Below are positions 34,874-46,896 of a stretch of 64,000 nucleotides of DNA, in pieces (within the stretch, counting starts at the first letter, position 1; the number at the start of each line of letters is the position of its first letter). A program made the position numbers and the translations under genes. A model generated the notes under the pieces. It did not search any database, was not told the DNA's origin, and saw only the letters and a program-made list of their open reading frames with translations. Origin of the DNA: the human T2T-CHM13v2.0 reference genome, Homo sapiens; assembly GCF_009914755.1 (NCBI RefSeq), contig NC_060925.1; one strand, written 5' to 3'.

Positions 34874-36824
34874 CACACAGCAAGAGGGCGGCGTCAGCAG
34901 GGTATCTTGACCTCCAGTCCTAGGCTCCGTCTGTAGCTACACTGAGTGCCTGGGTGGGCAGAGGTCATCTTGGCCAGCCCCCTGCCTCTGCCTCTGGGAA
35001 GCAACAAACCATCCCATATGTGAAGAATCGACTTGTTTCCCCACCTAGTTCCGGGGGTCCCTCGTGGCCAATCTTGCCATCCTCCCTCTCTCCTCACTTT
35101 TTTGTCCTCCAAACAGACGCTGCCCCTCCAACCCCTCTCCTCCAGGAAGCCTACCTGAACTCATTTGAGTGAGATAGTGGCTGGAAAGTGCTCAGCACAG
35201 TGTCCAGTTCAGCTTAGGTGCTCATCACATGATAATCATCGTCTTCAGTAGTCCTAACTAGTAAGGCAAATGGCAGCTCTTGGGATTTAGGCAACTCACT
35301 CTCTCAAGTGGAAGAGGCCTTGGAAATCATCTGACCTTGCCCCCCACCCCCACCCCCTTATTCAGATGAAGAAACCGAGGCTCCCAGAGGTCTAGCAGTT
35401 TATCCAAGATCCAGAACCAGGACCCAAATGACCATGCCACTTGGCCTCAGTATCCCCACCCTAGACTCCGGTAGGCATAGCAATGACACTGACTCTCCTG
35501 AACATCAGATGAGGCCCTGGAGTGAGTGGCCACGTGAGAGTGAGGAGCTCCTGATGGTTCAGACGGTCAGTGAGAGGGCACAGTCCCCACATCGGCTGGC
35601 TTGGGCTGGAGCAGATCTAAAGCACCAGGGCCCTTTCTAGACTGGGCATTCTATTAAATTCCAATCCTACCTCCATTCCACTCCCCATTGTTTTACTGTT
35701 GAACCTGGATTCAAAAGCCTAATTGCTGGATGCTAGAATTCCTTTCTAGGATTCTCTAGATGTCTCTGGTTCTGGGATCTATCACTGGATTCTAGAATTC
35801 TGGAAATGCATGCAGAAACAAGAGTAATAAAATTAGAGTCTAGGGATTTATGATTTCTATTTGAGAATTCTGTTCTATAACGCATAAGATCATAGTTGGT
35901 ACAAAGGCCCTCAAAGGACGAGATCTTAGCTAGTGAGCTGTGTTAGAATTGTGGGGAAAAAATGCCAGAAAAGGGTCCTGGATGGGGATGAAAGGGAAGT
36001 AATCAGATGGTACCGCGGGTCTGAGGGGAGCATGCAGGGTGAGGAGCAGTGAGTGAGTGTGACCTTCACAGGGGGCCTGACTCTCCTGCTTCCATCTTCT
36101 CTTCTGTAATGTGGGGCTAATCATAGAACCCACCTCATAGGGTACAGTGATAATTAAATACTTTAAGCTAAATAAAGCGCTTAGAACAGTGAGTATTTAA
36201 TAAATGTTAACCATGCCCTTGTGGTGCTGGTTGACAGAGAAGGGAGTCATGAAGTCTCAAATCTGGGAGGTTGGTCATGTTGGTTTTGGAAACAGAAAAG
36301 TTGGGCTGTCTCCCAGGTGGAGGTACCTTTCTGAGTGTCCAAACCCTATACCCAGTGGAGATGGAGAAAGCTTGATGACTGAGTGAAAATGAAGGCTAGT
36401 GTCAGATCCTTCACTTGCAACACACAGGATGCGCAGGTCAGAGGACTTGAAAGGCCACCTCCAGGCCTGTCCAGAGCTGATGACTCCAGGGCTCCCTCTC
36501 CTGGCACCATGCTGAGAGGTGGCAGCCCTACTGAGACTCTAGCCAGAATCACCTTGTTGCCGTACCAAGCTGGCAGGAAGTCAGAAATCCCCAAATCTTA
36601 GCAAAGAAAGCACATGTTGACCCTTGAGGGCATCTACAGACCACAGATTCCTGAGGAAGCTCCTCATCTGCATGAACATTTGCTCTCTAACCTGCTGCTG
36701 ATGGTCCTGCCAGGCAGGGATAGCAACCACTAAAAGGGTACAGCAGTTTACAGTTTGCAAAGCACTTTTACATCTATGACATCACAATCTACTACTGCTT
36801 GATGCCTATTAATAGCCATATTTT

Positions 36825-36978
36825 GGCTGGGCTTGGTGGCTCACACCTGTAATCCCAGCACTTTGGGAGGCTGAGGCAGGCAGATCACTTGAGCTTGGGA
36901 GTTTGTGACCAGCCTGGGCAACATGGCAAAACCCTGCATCTATTTATTTTTTTTTATGAATAAAAAAAATTAAAAAAA
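36825..36978 (+). mobile_element. Alu left arm / monomer
   Basis: Alu 5' half followed by T- and A-runs. Confidence 0.8.
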
Positions 36979-37406
36979 ATGTTTTTAATAGCCACATTTT
37001 GCAACTGAGGAGACTGAGGCTCAGAGAGGGAAGTGGATTGGGGCTCTGGTGGCTGGACTAAAAGGAAGAATAGACATTCTGAGACCAGAGTCAGAAAACA
37101 GATGAGCTGGCTCACACCCCACACAATCTTGCTTAATTTTAAAGAGAAGGATTTGATCCTCGGAGGGGCTGTGAGATTCCCAAATCTTCCCCTTTCAAGC
37201 CTCTCCCCAACCTCATTCATCAACATCTGACATAATCTGAAAAAGGCAGGGGTTCCCTTCCTGTGAGGAGGGCTCAGTATGAGGGTGCCCCGATGGAGAG
37301 GAGGGAGTCTGGTTCACCTCACTTCACATCAGCCTCCTGGAAGCTGACACTGGATGAGGGTCAGGAAGGCCCTGCGGGCTGGAGAGTCCAGGGATCTTGC
37401 TTCTCC

Positions 37407-37708
37407 TTTTTTTTTTTTTTTTTTTTTGAGATAGAGTCTTGCACTGTCACTTGGGCTGGAGTGCAGTGGCGCAGTCTCAGCTTACTGCAACCTCCGACTC
37501 CTGGGTTCAAGTGATTCTCTTGCCTCAGCCTACTGAGTAGCTGGGATTACAGGCACCCAACACCATGCCCAGATAATTTTTTTTTTTTTTAGTAGAGACG
37601 GGGTTTCACCATGTTAGCCAGGCTGATCTCGAACTCCTGACCTCGTGATCCACCTGCCTCAGCCTCCCAAAGTGCTGGGATTACAGGTGTGAGCCACTGC
37701 GCCCGGCC
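37407..37708 (-). mobile_element. Alu (S-type)
   Basis: TSD GATCTTGCTTCT at 37393 and 37711. Confidence 0.92.
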
Positions 37709-37739
37709 AAGATCTTGCTTCTTTTCCCATACGGGGAAG

Positions 37740-38900
37740 ACTCTCCTTTGCCTTTAAGTTTTAGCAGTTTTACTGTGATGTGCCTAAGTGAGTTTTTCTT
37801 TGTATTTATCCTTCTTTGTAGATATTTGCTTTGTATGTATCCTTCCTGGTGCTTCTACAATCTGTGGCTGCATCATATCACCCCACAGTTCAGGAAACAT
37901 GTCAGCTCTTATCTTTTCCCCATTCTCTTTCTCCTCTCCTTCTGGGACCTTCATTGCTTGTATGTTCAGCCATTTGCTATTGCCCCACATGTCTCTTTTA
38001 CACTTTATTCTATATTTTCTAGGCTTTTCCTTCCTTCCTTCTGTTTCAGTCTGGATATTTTTCTACTGAAATATTTTTCTACTATCTAGTTTACTAATCC
38101 TATTTTCACATGTGTCTTTTCTGCTGCTAAATCCATCAACGGAGTTATTGATTTCATTTGTTATAACTTTTCAGTTCTGGAATTTCCACTAGATTCTTTT
38201 TCATAGATTCCAGTTTTCTATTGAAAGATTCCCTTGTTGTTAATTTTCTTGAACATATTAAACCTTCTAGAGTCCATATCTGAAAACTCCAACATCTGGA
38301 TCTCCAGTGGGCTTGTTTCTATTGTCTGTTTTATTGCTCTTGTCTGTTTTATTGCTTTTGTTCATTTGGTCTTATCTCCTGAAATGCCAGATAATTTTTT
38401 ATTGAATGTCCAACATTGTGTATAAAAACTTATAGAGCTAGCATGAGGCTCTGAATGATGCCATCTTTCTCCAGAGGGGATTTACTTTTGCTTCTGACAG
38501 GCACTTAAAGGAGGACAGGCCACTTTAACCCAATCGAGGATTATACTGATTGGAAACTTTGTTCCAGTCTTCCTGAGTCTAGTCTATATCTGGTTAGCCA
38601 TTATTCCTAGAGTGTTTCTTTGGTCTTCCCAATAAAAACTGTTCCCTTTTTAGTCCCCAAATTCAAATTTGACTCCCCAGTCTCATGACCACTGCCTCCT
38701 ACAAACTGGAAAATGCCTTTAGGGAAAAATCAAAATCTAGTATTACTTCTCTCCACAATCTTGGCCCCCTCAAGTCCTCAGTGCCTTCGTAGCTCTCCCA
38801 TGCCTTTAAACAGATTTCTTAAATGCTTAATCCAGCTTTTAAAGTTATCCTCAGCAGGTAAATTGGTCTGATAGAAGCTAGTCTACTTTAGCCAGAAACA
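37740..38900 (-). mobile_element. Old L1 (L1M-type) fragment
   Basis: T-rich degenerate sequence; - strand translation retains L1 ORF1-like residues (VPEGEEKENG...FPEL...QIVEA..GRI). Confidence 0.55.
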
Positions 38901-41569
38901 GAAGTCTAGATGATAATCTGAAATTAGCACAATTAGATCTACAACTAAGTTATGCTATGCTAAGCACTTATAATAATATCCAATTTAATTTTTACAACAT
39001 AAGATTAAGTATTACTTTTACATCTCCATTTTACAGATGAGGAAACTGAGACAGAAAAAGATTAAGTAAACTCATCCCAAACCGCTCAATTGCAGTGTGG
39101 TGCCAGGATTTGAAATCTGGTGTACTGATCCAAAGCCTGAGCTCTCAACCTAGCACAGTGCTAGATTTGCTAAATGTTTGTTGAATGACTGAGGCACAGG
39201 GCACAGGCTCTTCTGAGGCCCTGTAGATAAGCTCCTGTAATTAGAACTTACACTGCTCAAACGTCAACCACAGAGGAAGACAGGTTTTCTCTGGTTCAAG
39301 GAAGGTAAAAATCACTTTGCTTCTTCCTTGGTTTAGCAAACTAGGTTCAACAGAAAATAATTCCAGCCCAGGGGCTGAGCTTCTAAGTGCTAATTGCTAA
39401 TGAATGATTGATTCTTATCTGCTCCTGGGAGGCAGAGTGACTATAAGACAAAAGGACCTCTGCCCTGGGCACAAAAAGGACTAAGAACATGTGGGTGTTG
39501 GGCTTATTCCCGAGGTTGCCCTCCGCCCTGGTTAATTGGGATCTGGGAGTGTGCAGGGGTGAGGTGTTGAGGCTGCTCAGCTGTTGTAATTCAATTTGCA
39601 CCACCATTTCATCTGGTGGACTGTGGCCTCCTGTGGCTGCTGTTGCAGTGTTGGTTCTATTTTGTTGTGGGTGTTCTGGCTAGCTCTGTTGTGGGGTGTC
39701 CTTGGCACTGTTCACTAAATCTTTCTGGTTTTCCACTCTACTGAGCACAGGTTAAGATTGTACTTTCTGGCTAATTTGTGATTAGGTGGCACTGTGTGAC
39801 GTTCTGGCCAGGGAATTGTGACACGTGCCACTTCCAGGCTGGCCTATTGGATTATGGAAGCAGGACTCTGAGTTGATGCTATTGCTCTCCCCAGTCCTCT
39901 AAGCCCCTTCTATTTCATTCCAAGTCCAGCCTTCAACCCCAGTGCCTGAGCAGGAGGGAGGGACATTGCTCTGACTCTTGAGTTGCGAGGACTGGAAGAC
40001 CTTCACTTTAGTGAGTACTCCAAGCTGCTGAGCCCATGGAGATCATCTAGTTCAATCCCTAAATCTTCAGAAGTGGGAAACTGAAGCTTGGAGTAGAGGA
40101 GGGCTAGGGCCAAGCCAGACCAGAACCAGGCCCTTTCCCAACCAGCCAGGGCTCTGAACACTGCCATTCAGCTGCCCATGACCCTGGCCAAGCAATTCAC
40201 CCTCCCTGCTGCCCTGCCTCTGGTTAGGGAGGCCTCATGGTCTCTGCATGGGGAGTCCAGTCCACAAGCAGTTTGGGGGAGGAGCAGACACTGGTTGGGC
40301 AGCCTGGGAGAGCTGGGGTCCCTCTCTGGGCCTTTGTTGTCTGAATGTGAAGGGAGGGGTATAATGAGGTTATTGTCCCCAAACTGAGGTCCCTCATCAA
40401 TCAATCTGCTGCCCCACCCTCAACTACTTGAGGTTTGTAAAGGTGGAAATGAGGACCTGTTTAGAAATTACTGTCAGTGTATCAAAAGGTCTCATAAAAT
40501 GGCACATTTACATATATGTATACATATATGTATATATGGCACATTTATGTATAGGTATACATATAAATGTATATGGCTGTACCTGCTCATTGTACCAGAT
40601 TATTTGCTTTAGGCTGGGATTCCGTTATTTCCCTGGGAAATCAGCTGCTGCACAGGGGTTCTTGTTGAGGGGGAGGGGCACTCATATTGAGCAGCAACTC
40701 TCTGCTAGGCACTTTCCCTACATTAGCACATTTAACCTTCACTACAACCCTGTGAGCTGTTGCAGTCCTGCCCCCAGTTCACAGTGAGGACACCGAGGCT
40801 AAAGAGGTGAAGGGACTTACTCTGGTTTACTCAGCTGCAATAGGGAAAGCTGGGATTCAAACCCAGTTTTGTCAGATTGAAAAGCTCATGTTTTTGGCTC
40901 ATTAGAATTGCTGTTTACTGAAAGGTACAGAGATGTTTGCTTATTTAAAAAATTTGGGCTCAAGGGGGTGGTTCTAAGTAGGTGAAGGCAAGAGCTCCTG
41001 GAGAGGGAGTCTCTGTCTGAAGTCCCTTCAGGTCAGCAGGTCAGCCTGCGCCCCCCTCTGCCCCCAACCCATGGTTCTGGGATGTTTGTGTTGCACAAGA
41101 GCAGTTGCTTGACTAGAGGTAGCTGCCAGGCCTCTTGGCTCCAGATTCCTGGTCCAAAGGCCCAAGAACCTCTGGGCGTGGGGGCTTCAGTCCAGACATC
41201 AGCCAGGGGCCCCAGCCCCCTGTCCTCCATGGGAGGCTGAGCCCCTCACTTGCTCAGTCTGAGCTCTTTACCGCTCACTATGAACTCCTCTGTTCCTTTT
41301 AGTCTTAGCCCTTCTGTTCCCTCTCAGTCCCTGGAAATCTGGGCCAGCCCTCTTCCCAGCACCCGCATCCTCAGGAACCTCCCACATCACTCTTACTCAT
41401 CGCCGGCTGGGGCTTATTCACTACCTTGGGAGCTCTCAGCTTCTGCCAACTGAATTCTGCATACCCAGAGCCCAAAGAGCTACCATCACCCTCACCCTAG
41501 CCAATCCATGGGCCTGTCCTCACCATAGACACAGGCATATATACATGCATACTCACACATGTGTCCATG

Positions 41570-41603
41570 TGCGTGTGCGCGTGCACGCGCGCGCGCGCGC
41601 GCG

Positions 41604-41660
<57 letters not shown>
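41570..41660. repeat. Compound (GC)n(AC)n microsatellite
   Basis: About 12 GC units directly followed by about 24 AC units. Confidence 0.95.
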
Positions 41661-41663
<3 letters not shown>

Positions 41664-42823
41664 CTCCAAGCTGGAAACAAGGTTTGAGGATGAAGCCTGA
41701 AGGCATGGCTTTCCAGCTCCTGTGTCTGATTCCTGGGATCTATCATCTTCCTCTCTGAGCCCATGTGCATGCACGAACACACACACACAGACACACACGC
41801 AGTGACCGGACATATCCAGAAATACAAACACAGATGCATAGATGCATTGCACACAGACAGTTGCAGACACAGGCCAACATATCACACACTGTCAGTTGCC
41901 TGCCTATCTGGTGGAGATGAGCTGCTGCCCTGGAGACTTCTCCTTGCCTGGAAGTGTGATGGTGGAGGGAAGGTGCTTGAGAGCAGGAGCCCCTGGGAGA
42001 GGTGATGGGTGAACAGGAATTCCATTCTGGCTTCTCTGATGGTGCCTCCCCATTCACAAGGGGTCTCCATGCTGGCAAAAGGCAAGCACTCACCATTCCC
42101 GTCACTGGGGCTCAGCTTTGCCATTGGTAAAGTGTGAGATTGATCTAGATGGTCTTTGCAGGCCCTGCAAGCTCTGGCTTCCAGCACAGCTGAGAGGCCC
42201 CAGTGGCACAAGACTCCGAAGGCTTCTTTGAGCGATCACAGGTCTGTGTTGGTTAGACCAAGCCTTTGTAACAATCCAGGCAAAGATGCTCCCTTCCAGT
42301 CCTTCCTGGTGCTCTCGCACTTCCCCAACAGAATCCTCAGGCCACAGTCCCCAGCAGGGGTTATATAGGTGGCCAGACTGGGATCTCTAACCTCAATCTG
42401 GGCCTCTACGTCTACCCTAAGCAACTCAGCTGCCTGGATCCAGCCGGAGGGGTGGAGAGAGAGGACTTCAGACTGGCAGGAGTGGAACTGCCCTTCCTGT
42501 CTGTCTCCTTCCCTCCAAGGCTCTGGAACTAGCTCCACTTTCCTCTCCAGCCTGAGGAACTTCAGCATCTTTTGCCCAACGACCCAACCCCTCTGGCCTC
42601 TTAGTTTCTTGACTTCTCATCTCCAATGCTCAATTCCTTCATTCCACCTCAGCTACACTTCCTCATACCTCATTACCTTCAGGACTTTACCACCCTTGTC
42701 ATCACCCTGAGCCATTCCACCTCTGAGAAACTCTGACACCCTACTCTCGACTGTAACTCCACTGCTACCTCTGTACAAACACGGGTACAGCACAAACACT
42801 GTTCTAAGCCATATATGTATACT

Positions 42824-43106
42824 TTTTTTTTTTTTTGAGATGGAGTCTTGCTCTGTTGCCGAGACTGGAGTGCAGTGGTGCAGTCGGCCCACTGCAACCT
42901 CCGCCTCCAGGTTCAAGCGATTCTCCTGCCTCAGCCTCCTGGAGTACCTGGGACTACAGGTGCGCACCTGGCTAATTTTTGTATTTTTAATAGAGACGGG
43001 GTTTCACCATGTTGGCCAGGATGGTCTCAATCTCCTGACCTCATGATCCACTGGCCTCAGCCTCCCAAAGTGCTGGGATGACAAGCATGAGCCACCGCGC
43101 CCGGCC
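42824..43106 (-). mobile_element. Alu (S-type)
   Basis: Reverse Alu consensus. Confidence 0.92.
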
Positions 43107-45004
43107 GCCTTTTATATATATTAACGCATTTAAGTGCCATGACAACCCTTAGTTAGCACTACTGCTGTTGCTAATTTATGGATTGGAAAACAGAGGACTG
43201 AGAGGTTAGAAGAATCGCCTAAGGTCACAGACATCATGGTAATACAGGGCAGAGCTGTGATTCAAACCTAGGCTGTGTGTCTCCTAAATCTGTGCCCTTC
43301 ATAACTCCACACTGCCTCTGGCTGTAACTGTTCTCTGATCTCATGCAAACCCTGAAACTCTACAGTTTTCTCCACGATACTGTTGCTTCCAATTCTGTCT
43401 GCATCTATCCAAGAACCCAAACTGCCTTATTTCCATTACTCTCTTGTAACTTCACTTGTCCCTTTGTCCTTCTGCCAAAGCTGCCAGCAAAGCCTCAATT
43501 GCAACAGTCTGGCTTTCTGCCACCTCAAGTCTATGCCTAAACTGCCAAGCCTTGTAGGTGAAAAAACCACAGCGGGGCGGCACGGGCCCTTTGTACATCC
43601 ACATCCCTGGCATCACTGTGGTCCTTAAGGATCCCGGGAAACCTCCCACTTCCTAGTCTGAGCTCACCAACCCGTCACTGGACTGTACCTCCCACTGGAT
43701 GCACCTAAGAAGGCCTCTCCCATCTTGAAACAAAACCCTTCTTCAACCCCACATCTGCCTCCAGCTAACACTCTGTCCCTTTCTTGAAAGCACTGTCTGC
43801 AGTATATATCTCATCTCCTTGTCAAGAGCCAATCCACTCCAGTCTGGTTTCTGCCCCATCACACCACAGACTCTGCTTTCACCAAGGCCACCAGCTGACT
43901 CCTTTTTGCTGAATTCCATGAACACTGTTCAACCCTTAGCTAACTTGACCTCTCCAGAGCTTGGGACCTACTGAAGCCTCCCTCCTGGAAACATACTCTT
44001 CCCCTGGGATACAGTTTCCTCAATTTCATCTTCGCCCACAGAGCCCACAGACCCAGCCAGAAAATCTGGGCTTCATCCTCAGCTCCTGTCTCCTGAGGCG
44101 TCCCTCCACACATTTGCCATCTATCACAAAGCCCTGCAGACTCTCCCTGCCAAGCATCCCAGAATCCATCCCTTCCTCTCTAGTCTCACCACTGCACCAT
44201 CTCTCCTCCTAGGATCGTCATGGCTGCTGCCCAGCCCTGCCCCCCTCCCCACCCCCACCTTGATTTTGCTCTTGCAGGGCTGACCTCACCAGGTGTGTGA
44301 GCTCCCTGTGCCTGAGCCCTGAGCCTACTTTCTCTTCCCCTGGCTGACCCCAGCTCTACCTTCAGAGTGCAGCTGGGATGCTGCTTCCTTCCTTCCTTCT
44401 TTCAGATTTCCAAAACTCTGCAAATCAGGGCTCTTAAACTCCCGATACCCTCATGGTGCCATGACTCCTGTGTCCAGGTCTGCAGGCCCCAGCCATCTTC
44501 CTTGAGGGCCAAGATTATGTCCACCTTGTTTGTTGCAGTATCCCCAGCGGGGGGGCGGGGGGAGGAGCGGTGCCTGCCACTCCCCAGGTGAATATTGGTT
44601 AAATAAATGGCCCAGTGAATACTGGTTAAATAAATGGTGGGGGAGGCATTGGTCAGAGAGGCGTTTTCTGCCCTCCTGGCTTCCCCTGTCTCGGATTTGA
44701 AGTTGCTCTGTGCTCTCTTCTCTCCCATCCCCTCCTCACTTTGGGCCTTGGGGAGGATGTGGAGGGGACAGGTGAGATTCTAGGGCAGAGTCCTACCCAG
44801 TTCAGAGCAGGGCGGGGTCAGAGTGGAGCAGAGGAACCCCGAGCCAGCGGCCAGTGCCTGCGGAGTGTCTCCCCTTCTCCTGCTCCCTCTCTATCTTTCT
44901 CAGCCCTGTCCTCTCACGGCTACAGGTTCTTGACCACTTGTCTGGGCACTGCTCCTGTCTCCTGGAGCTCAGGCTGGATGGAGTCTCTCCCCTAGTTCAG
45001 GTAA

Positions 45005-45690
45005 GCGTCCCCTCAGCCCCCTCCCGCCAGCGTCCCCCAGCTCCTTCACTTGCCTGAGCCCGTCCGTGGACACTCCCCTGCGGGTCCGACCAGGCTGACC
45101 CTTGAGCACCCTGGGTCAGCAGGAAGGAAAGACCCCGAGAGCGCAGGACCACCAAGAGAGGCCGGGCCACCTCCTCCTCCGTCCGCTGACTTCTAGGGGC
45201 TGGGCCGGCGCACAGCAAGGGGGTTGGAGGTGGGGTCGCCCTCTCCCACGCGGCTGGGTTTCCAGGCGGTGTCCTGGGCCGAGCCGCTTGGAGATCCTAG
45301 ATCAGCATGTGGGTGGGAAAGGGCGCCCCGTCCTGGGCCCCCCCGCCCCTGCGCGCAGAGCAGAGACGCGCAGACCCGCTCCCACTCCGCTTGGCTCCCT
45401 TGGAGCAGCCCCGGCGGCGGCAGCGATGGGCTGGGAGGGGCCGGCATGCTGGCCTGCGCGGGTCCCCAGCCGCCTCCCGCCACCCGGAACCCCTCTCCTT
45501 CAAGCGTTGACCGCCGACCCACAGCTCCCCTTCAACCCGGGGCGAGCGGGGTTCTTACCATACACCTCCCCTCTCCGCTCGGTTCCATCCTTCTCCCGTT
45601 CTCCTCTAGGCTTCACGGTTTGCAAGCACCCTTGCAAATAACTCCTAGCCCACCCACACCGTCTCGTCCGCACTTTCCGAGAGCCAGGCA
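45005..45690. promoter_or_regulatory. CpG island, possible promoter between TMEM275 and the KNCN 3' end
   Basis: CpG-rich GC block outside repeats; no convincing ORF. Confidence 0.7.
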
Positions 45691-46890
45691 CGGATATATT
45701 GCAACTCACTCTAGGGCAGGGGGCAGGGGTACAAGTCGAACTGGCTCTGCCTTCAACTTCAAATGGATTCTTCTTTCTGGAGCGGGGCTGGAGCTGTGGG
45801 GCGGGGGAGGGGGGATTTTTCCAGGGATGGACTTGTTTTCAGCACCCCTTTCCCAATCAACCACCAATCCTGCACCCTAGAAAGGGGTGTGGACATGAGC
45901 CTGTCTAGGGAGTGACTCTATCTCCTGGTGGTGTGTGTAGGAACTTTTTGGGATGAGGGCTGGGGAGGAAGTGCTGGGCAGCAGGCCCACCTCAAGGCTG
46001 GGCGTGTGGGAGGGAGGACTGAGGTGTGCTGACTTTCCAGACCCTGGAAGAGTTCAGCTGAAAGAGCATCTCTCCAACCTCTGCCTTCGTTCGTTTACTC
46101 ATCCATTCATAAACCCTACCCGATGTGACTGTGTGCCAGGCAGCCTTCATGCTGACAGTGGCCCTGTGGGGGAGGGCTACCATATCCTCCCTTTGCATCT
46201 GGGGAAAGCCAGGCTCAAGGCCCCACAGCCTCTTGCCCCAGCCCCTGGGAACCAGGATGTGAGTTTTATCTCCAGACTCCAGCCCCAGCCTGTGCAGTCC
46301 TCCTCCAGGTTGGCCCAGCAGGCATGTGACTTCAAGGAATCTGCTTGGACCAAGTACTCCCCACCTTTAGATCACTTGTGTGTTCTCAGCACCCAGCCTA
46401 GGGCTGGGCACAGTCACAGTCACAGTCCTGGTGTGAGAATGGCTATTGGAAAGAACCAATTTCATTTCTTGAACAGACCACGGGAAGAGCTTGGTTCAAG
46501 GACCTGTCCCTGTCTACGCCCCTGTCCCATGCTGAAATATTGGAGGGTTCTACTCCCTAACACTACCTACCATACCACCCATGCCAGCTAGGCCTGACCT
46601 CACCTTTTCTCGAAGTGTGAGGGGGAGAAGCCACATGTCTCCACATTGACTACTCCTGTGACCACAGGGAGGGAGTGGGGAGGTTGAGGTTGGGGATGTA
46701 CTTGAGCAAAATGTATTGGGATATTCACCTGGGCTGGAGGGAAGATGTTTCAGGAAGCCCACTGCAGGGAAAAAGAGGAACTAGAGTCCCAGGATCAAGA
46801 ATTTCCACTCAGTTTAAGGGTCTTTTGAAGCCTTACCCAGTTCTTCCCCAGTGGACATAGCTCTTGCCGTTGTATGCTTTCATTCCTTGA

Positions 46891-46896
46891 TTTATT
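46891..46896 (-). terminator. KNCN: Probable KNCN polyadenylation signal
   Basis: AATAAA on - strand ~2.07 kb past the stop; another lies at 47939-47944. Confidence 0.55.

Noticed and set aside
38322-38356. 18-bp tandem duplication TTGTCTGTTTTATTGCT
   Set aside because: Lies inside an old L1 fragment; ordinary slippage.
41492-42105. CVCVCV/ARARAR/HTHTHT ORFs
   Set aside because: Dinucleotide-repeat translations.
44583-44636. 27-bp tandem duplication GTGAATA(T/C)TGGTTAAATAAATGG
   Set aside because: Resembles slippage in an L2-type 3' tail; no functional context.
45102-46591. 179-218-aa ORFs at and after the CpG island
   Set aside because: Pro/Gly/Arg-rich with no recognisable domain or splice logic; expected in GC-rich DNA.
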